A stretch of 64,000 nt of DNA. Origin: Dehalococcoidia bacterium (lineage in GTDB: Bacteria; Chloroflexota; Dehalococcoidia; Lucifugimonadales; UBA3495). Numbering within the stretch: position 1 is the stretch's first letter; the number at the start of each line of letters is the position of its first letter. The stretch is taken from the NCBI GenBank assembly GCA_030740155.1, contig JASLXV010000008.1, forward strand, positions 42,474 through 106,473. The letters are read 5' to 3'. A program made the position numbers and the translations under genes. Positions 19,142 through 28,287 of this stretch are shown here, piece by piece. Below the pieces are notes generated by a model, which was not told the origin of the DNA, ran no database searches, and saw nothing but the letters and a program-made list of their open reading frames with translations.

Positions 19142-20332
19142 ATGAAGATCAAGAATATCCGGGCGGTCAACGTCAACATCCCGCGGATCCAGCCCAAAAC
19201 GAAAGCCCGGCGGCCCGGCTGGAACGCCAAAGCACCGAGGGCGCTCCCGCTCAACAAGTACCCGGAGTTTTCAACTGCCCACGGCTGGATGCCGGGCCGA
19301 GGCGCCCAGCGAGAGGTCTGGGTGCAGGCGACCGCCGAGGACAGTACCTGGGGCCTGGGATTGTGTAGCTTTGGGGAACCCGTGGCCTCGATGGTCGACT
19401 ACCACTACGCGCCGCTCCTCGAGGGCCGGGACTGCATGGCCCTGGAATACCTGAATGACGTGATGTGGCGCTCGACTCAGCGTTTCGGCTCGGGAGGTGT
19501 GGGGACGGTGGCTCAGTCCGGCATCGATCTCGCGCTCTGGGACCTGAAGGGCAAGCTGCTGGGACAGCCGGTGTACAGCCTCTTGGGCGGACCCGTGCGG
19601 GAGAAGATCCGGCCGTATTGCACCTGCGACGACCTGGATTGGTCGTTGGAGTTGGGGTTCACCGCGTTCAAGATCAGCAACCCGGTGCACTACGAGATGG
19701 GCATAGAGGGCCTGAACATCCTCGAAGAGAAGATAGCGAAGGCCCGCGATGAGGTTGGGCCGAACCGGGAACTCATGTTCAACCCGGTGATGTCTTTCAA
19801 CGTGGAGTTCACCATGCGGCTCGCGGAACGGCTCAGGCCCTACGGACTGCGATGGTTGGAGGAGCCGTTGATTCCCGCCAACCTGGAGGGGCACATCCAG
19901 TTGAAACAGGCAATTACCTGGATTCCGCTGGCGACGGGCGAGCATCATCAAGGCCGCCACGCGTTCCGGCAACTGGTAGAGAACCAAGCCGTTGACGTGG
20001 TGCAGCCCGACATCCGGTGGTGTGGCGGGTTGTCGGAGGCGGTCAAGATTCATACCATCGCCGAGGCGGCGGGGATCGTCACCATTCCGCACCTGGGAGC
20101 CGGGTTACCCTTCGGCCAGCATTTCGCCTTCGCGATGCCGGAGTCGCCGCTGGCGGAATTCTGGTTGGGCTCCGACCCCGGTATCCCGCTGGAAGAGGTG
20201 ACCGGAATACCGGGTATGGCTCTGCCCAAAGACGGTTACATAATTCCCTCGAACGCTCCGGGCTTCGGAATGGAGATTCCCGAAGGCTGGATAGAGCCAT
20301 GGAACCACGCATCAGCGATGAAGCTACGCTAG
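19142..20332 (+). CDS. Mandelate racemase/enolase-superfamily protein (L-rhamnonate dehydratase-like)
   Basis: SGIDLALWDLKGK, PVYSLLGG, WLEEPL, ATGEH, QPDIRWCGG; AAGGAG RBS. Confidence 0.88.
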   Translation: MKIKNIRAVNVNIPRIQPKTKARRPGWNAKAPRALPLNKYPEFSTAHGWMPGRGAQREVWVQATAEDSTWGLGLCSFGEPVASMVDYHYAPLLEGRDCMALEYLNDVMWRSTQRFGSGGVGTVAQSGIDLALWDLKGKLLGQPVYSLLGGPVREKIRPYCTCDDLDWSLELGFTAFKISNPVHYEMGIEGLNILEEKIAKARDEVGPNRELMFNPVMSFNVEFTMRLAERLRPYGLRWLEEPLIPANLEGHIQLKQAITWIPLATGEHHQGRHAFRQLVENQAVDVVQPDIRWCGGLSEAVKIHTIAEAAGIVTIPHLGAGLPFGQHFAFAMPESPLAEFWLGSDPGIPLEEVTGIPGMALPKDGYIIPSNAPGFGMEIPEGWIEPWNHASAMKLR

Positions 20333-20693
20333 AAGTTGCGTTAGGTAAGGATACGTAGCCCGGTGGGGCAGCCCGCCCCGGCCGGCACCCCTGCCCGTGG
20401 GGGAAGTTTAACCGGACCCGAATTGGTTGACGCAGTGATTAAGGAGACCTCGGTAGGAGAGTTTGTTGCCCGTCGCTCGGGCCCGTTTCAAAGCGGCAGA
20501 CCCGGATGATGCGAGGTCCGGCGGACCTAGAGAAGGAACCCGCCCGTTCGCATTTACACTCCAACCGGCGGAACCTCACCCTCGCCTAACATGCTCCCAT
20601 TCCTGTATAAGTAATTGGGGCCGCCTCTCTCTTCACTTTTCCAGGCGTCCTGGGTGCGCCGAAAGATCGGCCCATTAGAAGAAAGGACTCAAT

Positions 20694-21950
20694 ATCACTA
20701 CGTCACCGAAGGATGACCCTCGGGCCGGTCGCCGAATTTTCTACGGGTGGATCATTGTTGGCGCGGCGGCCCTCGCGGCATTTGGCAGCGGCCCCGGCCA
20801 GTCGTACGTCTTCTCCGTTTTCCTGGATTCGATAATCTCCGACACCGGGTTGTCCAGGTCGGGCATATCCGCTCTATACCTGGTGAGCACCGCCGTAAGC
20901 GCCCTGATGGTCAGCGTCGTCAGTCGCATGGCCGACCGGTTTGGGCCGCGAAGAATGTTGGTCGTAGTTGGGCTGGCCTTCCCGGCGGCCTGCTTCGGGA
21001 TGGCGACCATGACCAACCTGACGCTATTCTACGTGGCCTTCATCAGCCTTCGCGCTCTCGGCCAGGGGTCGTTGCCAATCAACGCCACTCTGTTGGTGAA
21101 CCAATGGTTCATATCCCGTCGCGGTATGGCGATCGCGATCATGGGACTCGGGATGGTGCTTTCGACCGCGATCCTACCCCCGCTGGCCAGATTGCTGATC
21201 GACAATATTGGCTGGCGCGAGGCCTACGCCTTCCTCGGGATGATGTCGATGGTTCTCGTTGTGGCCCCAGCGGTGCTGTTCGTTCGCAACAGGCCCGAAG
21301 AGATCGGGCTGTTTCCCGATGGCAAGCCCCATCCGCCATCGGTGGAAGCCCGGCAATCCAGGCTCGGCCCTGGCCGGGAAAGGCGGGTCTTGAGCACGCC
21401 GGCTTTCTGGCTCTTGGCAATACCTCTGGCAACGCCGAGCCTGGTATCGACGGCGTTGATGTTCCACCAGACATCCATATTCGTCGAGAATGGGCTGAGT
21501 GCAAACCTGGCGGCGGGAGTCTTCGTCATTTACGCGGCCGCCTCCGCGGTAACCTCAATGATCGCCGGTGCTGTTGTTGACCGAACCGGGCCGAAAGCCC
21601 TTTACGCGTTCATTATGGTCTTGTTTCTCGTGTCGCTCGGATTGGCGGTGGCCATCGACTCCATCTTCCTCGCGGTGCTCTATATCGTTGTCCTGGGTAT
21701 CGCCGGCGGTTTCCACTCCATCGTCTCGGGGGTCATTTGGGCGCATTACTACGGCCGTCACCGGCTTGGCCGAATTCAGGGGACGGCCACGACAATAGGG
21801 ATTTGTGGCTCCGCCGCCGGACCTCTGCTGCTGGCACTGTTTCACGATATGACCGGCACCTACACGGCGGGGATGGTGGCGATGCTGGTGCTGCCGGCAT
21901 TGTCTCTGGTGAGCATCGGGTTGGCCCGCCCGAAGGGCCTCGCCGGTTAA
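20694..21950 (+). CDS. MFS transporter (start probably non-canonical ATC at 20694)
   Basis: Frame is open from 20679 and encodes FYGWIIV...GPGQSYVFSVF before the first TTG; ADRFGPRR motif A; many TM segments. Confidence 0.85.
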   Translation: MTTSPKDDPRAGRRIFYGWIIVGAAALAAFGSGPGQSYVFSVFLDSIISDTGLSRSGISALYLVSTAVSALMVSVVSRMADRFGPRRMLVVVGLAFPAACFGMATMTNLTLFYVAFISLRALGQGSLPINATLLVNQWFISRRGMAIAIMGLGMVLSTAILPPLARLLIDNIGWREAYAFLGMMSMVLVVAPAVLFVRNRPEEIGLFPDGKPHPPSVEARQSRLGPGRERRVLSTPAFWLLAIPLATPSLVSTALMFHQTSIFVENGLSANLAAGVFVIYAAASAVTSMIAGAVVDRTGPKALYAFIMVLFLVSLGLAVAIDSIFLAVLYIVVLGIAGGFHSIVSGVIWAHYYGRHRLGRIQGTATTIGICGSAAGPLLLALFHDMTGTYTAGMVAMLVLPALSLVSIGLARPKGLAG

Positions 21951-22099
21951 GTGAAATACGCGCCGGCCGGTTCAGAGGCCTGGCCGTGATATTCTTTTCG
22001 ACAGCCGAGGCTCCCACGCCCATGGGCGGAATATGGGGAAATGTGGTGAGGACAGGCCCAATTACTAGCCGCCTCTTGGCGCCTGTTTGACGTTACTAT

Positions 22100-22173
22100 T
22101 GGCTGCCCCGCCTGGGTTCGAACCAGGGATTTCAGCTCCAAAGGCTGACGTGCTACCACTACACCACGGGGCA
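22100..22173 (-). tRNA. tRNA-Gln(UUG)
   Basis: Full cloverleaf TGCCCCG...TCAGC CT TTG GA GCTGA...GGTTCGAACCC...CGGGGCA G CCA. Confidence 0.95.
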
Positions 22174-22382
22174 TCGCGCCGGGCCGCCCCGCTTTTGACG
22201 GCGGATGGCGCCCTTTGCACTTATATTCTGAAGGGGCCGCCGGAAGGCGTCAAGGGGCGCGTTCATTGACGAACGAGGTGATTGCGTCTCCGGACGGGTG
22301 TCGCGCGCCATCGACGGTGAATCGCCACCGGGGCCGCGCGCCGGATGGAACCTGGGCGCCGACGGAAGGTATAATTGGGAGA

Positions 22383-23183
22383 ATGAGTATGCTGCGGGTT
22401 TCCTTTTTGCACCTGGCGCCGGTTACTGGCGACATCCAGCGCAACCGCCGACTGCTGGAGTCGGCCGTAAAGGTGGCTGCCAAAGAGGGAGCCGGCTGGG
22501 CGATTACCCCGGAGCTGTGGGTCTCCGGCTACCTGTTCGTGAAGCAGATCGGCACCGATTGGATTCTCTCCCAGCCCGACGATTGGATGCGAGGCTTCTG
22601 CCGGTTGGTCGGAGAGCTGGGCCTGACCGTCTTTCTCTCCCACCCGGAGCGGGACCCGGAATCAGACCGGCTCTACAACACCGTTTTTGTGATCGACCCC
22701 CATGGCAAGATCGTGGGCAAGCACCGCAAGATCAAGCCCCTCCGGGGAACCGAGGCCTGGTCCAGCCCCGGCAGGGAGATAAACCCGGTGGGTGTCGACC
22801 GGCTAAAGGTCGGGATTTTGGTCTGCGCCGATAGCTACCTGAACGACGTTGCCCAGGAGTTAAAAGAGAAGGGCGCTCAGGTCTTGGTGTCACCCGTCTC
22901 CTGGGGGCCCGGCCCCTGCGCGCCTGACGGCGAGTGGGAGCAGCGCACCATCGACACCGGGCTGCCGATCATGGTCTGCAACCGGTCCGGGATCGAGGAC
23001 GAGAGCCTGGACTTCCGGCAGGCCGAGAGCATCGTGGCCCAGCACGGCCGGCGCCTATTGAGCGGGACCTGTGACCGTTCGGTGGTCCTGTCCTTCGACT
23101 GGGACACGGACGCCATGGCTCTTCTCTCCACGGACTTCCGGAGGGCCTACTTGGAAGAAAAGCCCGGCGTCTTGCTCCGGTGA
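22383..23183 (+). CDS. Carbon-nitrogen hydrolase (nitrilase superfamily)
   Basis: Catalytic triad motifs TPEL, HRK and LVCAD. Confidence 0.88.
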   Translation: MSMLRVSFLHLAPVTGDIQRNRRLLESAVKVAAKEGAGWAITPELWVSGYLFVKQIGTDWILSQPDDWMRGFCRLVGELGLTVFLSHPERDPESDRLYNTVFVIDPHGKIVGKHRKIKPLRGTEAWSSPGREINPVGVDRLKVGILVCADSYLNDVAQELKEKGAQVLVSPVSWGPGPCAPDGEWEQRTIDTGLPIMVCNRSGIEDESLDFRQAESIVAQHGRRLLSGTCDRSVVLSFDWDTDAMALLSTDFRRAYLEEKPGVLLR

Positions 23184-23377
23184 TTTGCCGGGACGGGCCC
23201 GGCCCGCCCCGACCGTCCGGACTGAAGGCCGCGCTGAAACCCCAGCACCCAGTCTTGGGTTAGCTGCCGGGGGAAGAGTCGGCGTCGCTATACCGATTGC
23301 AATGACCGGGGCCCGGCATCCGGGGGCAAGGTCTCACCGCGAGGTCTTTCCGGGTGCTGGAGCGGGGGTGAACCGGC

Positions 23378-24253
23378 CTACATTGGGCCGGAGACCGGTT
23401 TCTCGGCCACGAAGAGCCAGTATCCCAGCCGGCCGTCGGCCACCAGGCGGCCCAGCGTGGCGATCAACTCGGGAGCTTGCCGCACCAGGCCGGAGTCCGG
23501 GACGGGCTGGCCGGTGATGCCCTGCCAGGCCAGGAACGCGCCGAGCTTGGTCTCCAGGGAGTCCAATAGCTTGATGATCTCGGTGGAAGCGTCGACCTTC
23601 TGGATATCCCGCAGTCCGGCGCCCTCCAACAGTTGCGCGTAGCCTTCCACATCCAGGGCGTCCGACAGGCAGAGTATCCGGCCCACGGCGCCGTCCAACT
23701 CCTTAGGCAGGCTGCCCGGCGCCACGGTCACGTCGCTCAGGCCGAATTTACCGCCGGGGCTCAACAGCCTCACGGCATCCGCTATCGCCTTGGGCTTATC
23801 CAGGAACAGGCTCATGGAACACTCGCTGAACAGGGCGTCGAAAAACCCGAGGCGCAGCGGCGGCCGCTCTGCATCTCCCTGGATGAAGTAGCTTCCCTTC
23901 GCCTTCGATGCCGCCGTGGTCTCGAGGGCCGGTTCCTGGAGCATCGACGGCTGCGCCTCAGCCTTGGCCTGAGCTTCGGCTACCGCGGCGCGCCCGAACT
24001 CCACCCCCACGACTTTGCAGCGGAAGACCCGGGAGACCGCCATGGCGCTCGCTCCGCGGCCACTGGCCAGGTCCACCACCCAATCTCCCGGCTGAACGCC
24101 CATCAGCCGAGCCAGCCGGTTGGTCAGGGCCAAACCTCCGGGATGCAATGTTTCGCCCAGGATAATGCGCGCCAGTTCCGACTGGTAGAGGTCGGCGCAA
24201 CAGGCTTTGGCCTGGGCTTGCTCCAGCACCTCCGGGCTTCTTCCTGGCGTCAT
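23378..24253 (-). CDS. Class I SAM-dependent methyltransferase with ArsM-like cysteines
   Basis: KACCADLY, LHPGGLALT, VVDLASGRG (motif I), GDAE, SECS, LSPGG, SDV, ILCLSDAL. Confidence 0.85.
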   Translation of the reverse strand: MTPGRSPEVLEQAQAKACCADLYQSELARIILGETLHPGGLALTNRLARLMGVQPGDWVVDLASGRGASAMAVSRVFRCKVVGVEFGRAAVAEAQAKAEAQPSMLQEPALETTAASKAKGSYFIQGDAERPPLRLGFFDALFSECSMSLFLDKPKAIADAVRLLSPGGKFGLSDVTVAPGSLPKELDGAVGRILCLSDALDVEGYAQLLEGAGLRDIQKVDASTEIIKLLDSLETKLGAFLAWQGITGQPVPDSGLVRQAPELIATLGRLVADGRLGYWLFVAEKPVSGPM

Positions 24254-24307
24254 CCGGCCCTCATCTGGCGCCTACCTACGAGCGGGTAGCAGTCGATTAT
24301 CACCAGT

Positions 24308-25843
24308 CTATCGCTCCTTGGACGGCCGAGTATTTCCCGCCAGGGGCCGGATCTTGGTCTGCTCCCGAACCAGTTGTTCGCGGATGCGCTCCCGGTAGCC
24401 GACCGAGTTGTAGGTGCAGAAGGGGATAACGCGCCCATCGGGGACCAGGATACCGACGCAGCACTTCATGGCTTGCTTCACATTGAAGGTGTACGGGTCC
24501 ATGAAGTCCTTGATGGCGATCTGGAAGATGTGCTGGTTCAAGTGGGCGAGATCGTAGCCCAGGTCCATACCGGGGCCGCAGGCACACTGAAACTGGCTGG
24601 CGGTCATTTCCGTGCCGGCCACCGCTGATGCCGACCAGAGGCCCTCCAGGGCTTTTCGCACTTCGTCGAATTTGGGGAGCTTGGGCAAGGACCGGTTGGT
24701 AATATAATCCAAATATTCGTCAATGTTGAGGAGCCTGGGGAGGGGCATGATCTTCTCCCCGTCGACCAGGACGTAAGAGTTCACCTGGCAGGTCGGGAAG
24801 CAACAGGGGACCGGCACGAAGTCTTCTAGGACGAACCGGCCCTTGGTCTGGTCGACGATACCATGGATCACGTCGGGAATCGTCACCCGCTGCATTGGAT
24901 CGAAAGGCATGTGCCGCCCTACGTGGGTCACCGGTTGGAGGACCACCCCGCGGACCGCCGGGTGCCGCAGGCCGAACTCCACGATCGCGCCCACCTCGTC
25001 CACGTTGACCCCATACTCGATGGCCGCGACCAGCACCGTGTTCAGGCCAGCCTGATGCAGGCGGTCCAGGGCCAGCAGCTTCAGGTCCAACAGGTCCTCG
25101 CCCCGGATGGTCCTGTAGGTTTCCGGCCGGAGCCCGTCGAATTGGAAGTAGACCACCGGTTCCAGCTTGGCCAACTCTTCCAGGAACCGGTCATCCTTGG
25201 CGATGCGTATCCCGTTGGTGTTGACCATCACCTGGCGGATGCCCCGGTCTTTGGCCGCCTGGATCATCTCCAGGAGTTGGGGGTGAATCGTGGGCTCTCC
25301 CCCGCTGAACTGGATGACCTCCGGGTCGCCCTCGATCTCGACGAACCGGTCGAGCATGCCTTCCACCTGCTCCAGGGTGAGGCTGTAGCCGGCGCCGGCG
25401 TTGGCGAAGCAGACCGGACAGTTGAGGTTGCAGGCGGTGTTGACCTCGATGAGGGCCAGGCAGATGTGTTGCTTGTGTTCCGGGCACAGGCCGCAGTCCA
25501 GGGGGCAACCATCCTTAACCTCGGTGCTGAACTCCAGGGGCAAGGTCCCCGGCTTGTTGAACTTGACCGAGTCGACATACATCTGGCTGTCGGAGCTGAT
25601 GATGCCCTCGAAGCACCCGTGGCTGGGACACCGCTTGCGCATGAAGACCTTGCCGTCCCGGATGATTATCTGGGCATCGATAACCGCCTGGCACTCCGGG
25701 CAGATGCTCCTGGTCAGCTCGTGGAATATGTAATCGGCGTCCTGCTTGACGCGGAGACCGGCGCCGTTGGTCCGCTGACCTCCCGGAACGCCGTTGCTCG
25801 TCCCGTTACTATTCGGTGCTCCGCCGGGTGGGTGGGTGCTCAT
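24308..25843 (-). CDS. Radical SAM protein of the Tes/GDGT-MAS (MJ0619)-like family
   Basis: N-terminal CPEC...CPSHG, GCPLDCGLCPEH, CNLNCPVC radical SAM motif, FSGGEPT, TNG, YFQFDG, C-terminal FMDPYTFN...CC...DGRVIPFCTYN. Confidence 0.88.
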   Translation of the reverse strand: MSTHPPGGAPNSNGTSNGVPGGQRTNGAGLRVKQDADYIFHELTRSICPECQAVIDAQIIIRDGKVFMRKRCPSHGCFEGIISSDSQMYVDSVKFNKPGTLPLEFSTEVKDGCPLDCGLCPEHKQHICLALIEVNTACNLNCPVCFANAGAGYSLTLEQVEGMLDRFVEIEGDPEVIQFSGGEPTIHPQLLEMIQAAKDRGIRQVMVNTNGIRIAKDDRFLEELAKLEPVVYFQFDGLRPETYRTIRGEDLLDLKLLALDRLHQAGLNTVLVAAIEYGVNVDEVGAIVEFGLRHPAVRGVVLQPVTHVGRHMPFDPMQRVTIPDVIHGIVDQTKGRFVLEDFVPVPCCFPTCQVNSYVLVDGEKIMPLPRLLNIDEYLDYITNRSLPKLPKFDEVRKALEGLWSASAVAGTEMTASQFQCACGPGMDLGYDLAHLNQHIFQIAIKDFMDPYTFNVKQAMKCCVGILVPDGRVIPFCTYNSVGYRERIREQLVREQTKIRPLAGNTRPSKER

Positions 25844-26000
25844 CTTCTCTCCCTGAGGGCGTTTTGTTCCGGCGCGGGTTTGAGTATACTTCATACTTCA
25901 GATGCGTCTGGTTTCAATCGGATGCACGCGGATGCCCGTGGCTACCGGGCTCGGAACACCGGACCCGGCGGCGAACCTCAACTGGATGGCGGTGAGAAGC

Positions 26001-27212
26001 ATGACATCAAATTCCGGCGCCATGTCTCTCTCGGGAGTAGTGGTGCTCGATCTATCCCAGATCCTGGCTGGGCCCATGTGCACCATGCTCTTGGGGGACA
26101 TGGGGGCCGACATTATCAAGATTGAGAAACTCGACGGTGGCGACGACTTCCGGCGCATGGGCCCACCCTTCATCAAAGGCTGGTCGGCGGCGTTTCTCGC
26201 GATGAACCGCAACAAGCGAAGCCTGGCCCTGGACCTGCGGAACGAAAGGGGCCGGGCGGTATTCAACCGGCTGGTGGCTCGGGCCGACGTGCTGGTCGAG
26301 AACTTCCGCCCGGGGGTGATGAAGCGGCTGGGTTTGGGTTACCCGGAGCTGGCCAAGCTGAAGCCCAGCCTGGTCTACTGCTCCATCTCCGGCTTCGGCA
26401 GTAATGGCCCCTACCGGGACCGGGGCGGCTTCGACCTGGTGGCGCAAGGGATGAGCGGCTTGATGAGCTTCACCGGGCACCCGAAAAACCCACCGGCGAA
26501 GGTAGGCGTGCCCATCGCCGACGCCTCAGCCGGGTTGCTGGCCGCCAACGGTGTCCTATGCGCCTACGTTCACGCGCTTCGGACCGGCCTGGGCCAGTTC
26601 GTGGACACCTCCCTGATGGAGGCCGGCATCAGCTACACGATTTTGGAGTCTGCCGTCTACTTTGCCGACGGCGAGATACCCGGCCCGCTGGGGTCGGCCC
26701 ACCGGTTGACGGCGCCGTACCAGGCCTTTGGCACCAGGGACGGCTATATCAACATCGGTGCGGCGACTCAGCCCATTTGGGAGCGGTTTTGCCGGGCCAT
26801 CGGGCGCGAGGAGCTGATTGCCGACCCCCGGTTCAAGGCTACCGGCGACCGGAAGGCGAGGGAGGCGGAGCTTGCTGACCTTTTATCGGAAACATTGTGC
26901 CAAGAGACCACCGGCCATTGGCTGGACCTGCTGGAGAAGGCCGGGGTGGTGGCGGGGCCGATCTACAACATGGAGCAGGTGTACCAGGACCCCCAGGTGA
27001 AAGCCCGGGAGATGCAGGTCGACTTAGAAGACCCGGAGCTGGGCACGCTACACAACATCGGCATCCCGGTGAAGCTGTCGGCGTCGCCGGGGCGCATCCG
27101 CCGCCGGGCCCCGGCCCTTGGGGAGCACAGCGTCGAAATCCTCGAAGAGGCCGGACTTTCTGGGGAAGAGGTGGAGGAGTTGCTGCGGGCGGGAGTAGTG
27201 GCGGTGGGATAG
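26001..27212 (+). CDS. Family III CoA-transferase (CaiB/BaiF)
   Basis: VLDLSQILAGP, GADIIKIE, NRNKRS, ENFRPG, GFDLVAQGMSG, APALGEH. Confidence 0.93.
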   Translation: MTSNSGAMSLSGVVVLDLSQILAGPMCTMLLGDMGADIIKIEKLDGGDDFRRMGPPFIKGWSAAFLAMNRNKRSLALDLRNERGRAVFNRLVARADVLVENFRPGVMKRLGLGYPELAKLKPSLVYCSISGFGSNGPYRDRGGFDLVAQGMSGLMSFTGHPKNPPAKVGVPIADASAGLLAANGVLCAYVHALRTGLGQFVDTSLMEAGISYTILESAVYFADGEIPGPLGSAHRLTAPYQAFGTRDGYINIGAATQPIWERFCRAIGREELIADPRFKATGDRKAREAELADLLSETLCQETTGHWLDLLEKAGVVAGPIYNMEQVYQDPQVKAREMQVDLEDPELGTLHNIGIPVKLSASPGRIRRRAPALGEHSVEILEEAGLSGEEVEELLRAGVVAVG

Positions 27213-27382
27213 GGGGGTTCCGGCTAGGGAGAAGTGCCACTAGTGAGAGCCGAGATGGCGGCCGGGTGAAGAACGTCGTTGAATAAGGCAGCCTAATGCC
27301 GCGTGAACTCGAGTCCAATGCTCCCAGGCAAATGTCCCTGAACGTCAGCTTCCCCTCGGCATCAGGTGATCCAGAGCGCAGC

Positions 27383-28210
27383 CTACAAGTCCCGCCAGGG
27401 ATGTCCATCCGTCGCCTGAAGGAAGCGGTCTACCAGGAAAGAACTGGAGGCGATGACGCTGGGCGTCCGCAGGCTGGCGGAACGGCCCTGTTTGTCCATC
27501 ACCACGCCTCCTGCCTCTCGCACCAGCACCAGGCCGGCGGCGATGTCCCAGGGCGACAGGGAGTGGTGGAAGTACAGGTCAACCCGGCCGGCGGCGGCGT
27601 AGGCCACCCCCAGGGCGGCCGAACCCAGCAAACGCAGGCCAAGCAATCCCGGCCATAGGGAGCGGATCATGTCGAGGGCCACTCCGGCTTTCTCGTCGAC
27701 GTAGCCCAGGTCGCAGCAAAGCAGGGCCATGCCAAGGTCCCGGCCTTCGGAGACCGACAGACGCACGCCGTTGACGAAGGCGCCCTGCCCCTCCTGCGCG
27801 GTGAACATCTCCTCGCGGACCGGGTCGTAGGTTACCCCCAGCACCGGCTCGTCGCCACGGGCCAGGGCCACTACCGTGCAGAAGTGGGGAATGCCGTTGG
27901 CATAGTTGCGGGTGCCGTCCAGGGGGTCGACCACCCAGGTGTAGGGGGAGTCAGACTCGACGGGCGGTGATTCCTCGGCGAGGATACCGAAGCTGGGATA
28001 CTCTTTCCGGAGCAGCTCCAGCACCGCCCGCTCCGCCGCCAGGTCCACGTCGGTGACTATGTCCGTCGGGCCCTTGAAGCTGACCTGCATGGATGTCCGG
28101 AAGCGTTCTTGAAGGATGCGGCCCGATATACGCGCCGCGTCCACGGCCACGTCCATCGCGGACTTGCCGGAGCGGGAATTCGGGAGTTGGCCTTGAGACA
28201 GTTGGGTCAT
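27383..28210 (-). CDS. Inositol monophosphatase family protein
   Basis: DIVTDVD, AEE, WVVDPLDGTRNY, GSAAL, PWDIAAG. Confidence 0.92.
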   Translation of the reverse strand: MTQLSQGQLPNSRSGKSAMDVAVDAARISGRILQERFRTSMQVSFKGPTDIVTDVDLAAERAVLELLRKEYPSFGILAEESPPVESDSPYTWVVDPLDGTRNYANGIPHFCTVVALARGDEPVLGVTYDPVREEMFTAQEGQGAFVNGVRLSVSEGRDLGMALLCCDLGYVDEKAGVALDMIRSLWPGLLGLRLLGSAALGVAYAAAGRVDLYFHHSLSPWDIAAGLVLVREAGGVVMDKQGRSASLRTPSVIASSSFLVDRFLQATDGHPWRDL

Positions 28211-28225
28211 GCTAGGCAATTCCTG

Positions 28226-28287
28226 CAGCAATCAGCGGCAACTTCACAGTCGTTAGCTGACGGCTGAGCGCTGAATGCTGGCAGCTA
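28226..28287. repeat. 7-bp tandem GCTGANN repeats with an inverted TCAGC arm
   Basis: GCTGACG GCTGAGC GCTGAAT GCTGGCA at 28256-28283, preceded by CAGCAATCAGC. Confidence 0.5.

Noticed and set aside
24863..26125. Long antisense ORFs (also 8551-9543, 30940-32220, 28357-29193, 45337-46209)
   Set aside because: Shadow frames of well-supported genes in GC-rich DNA, with no motifs of their own.
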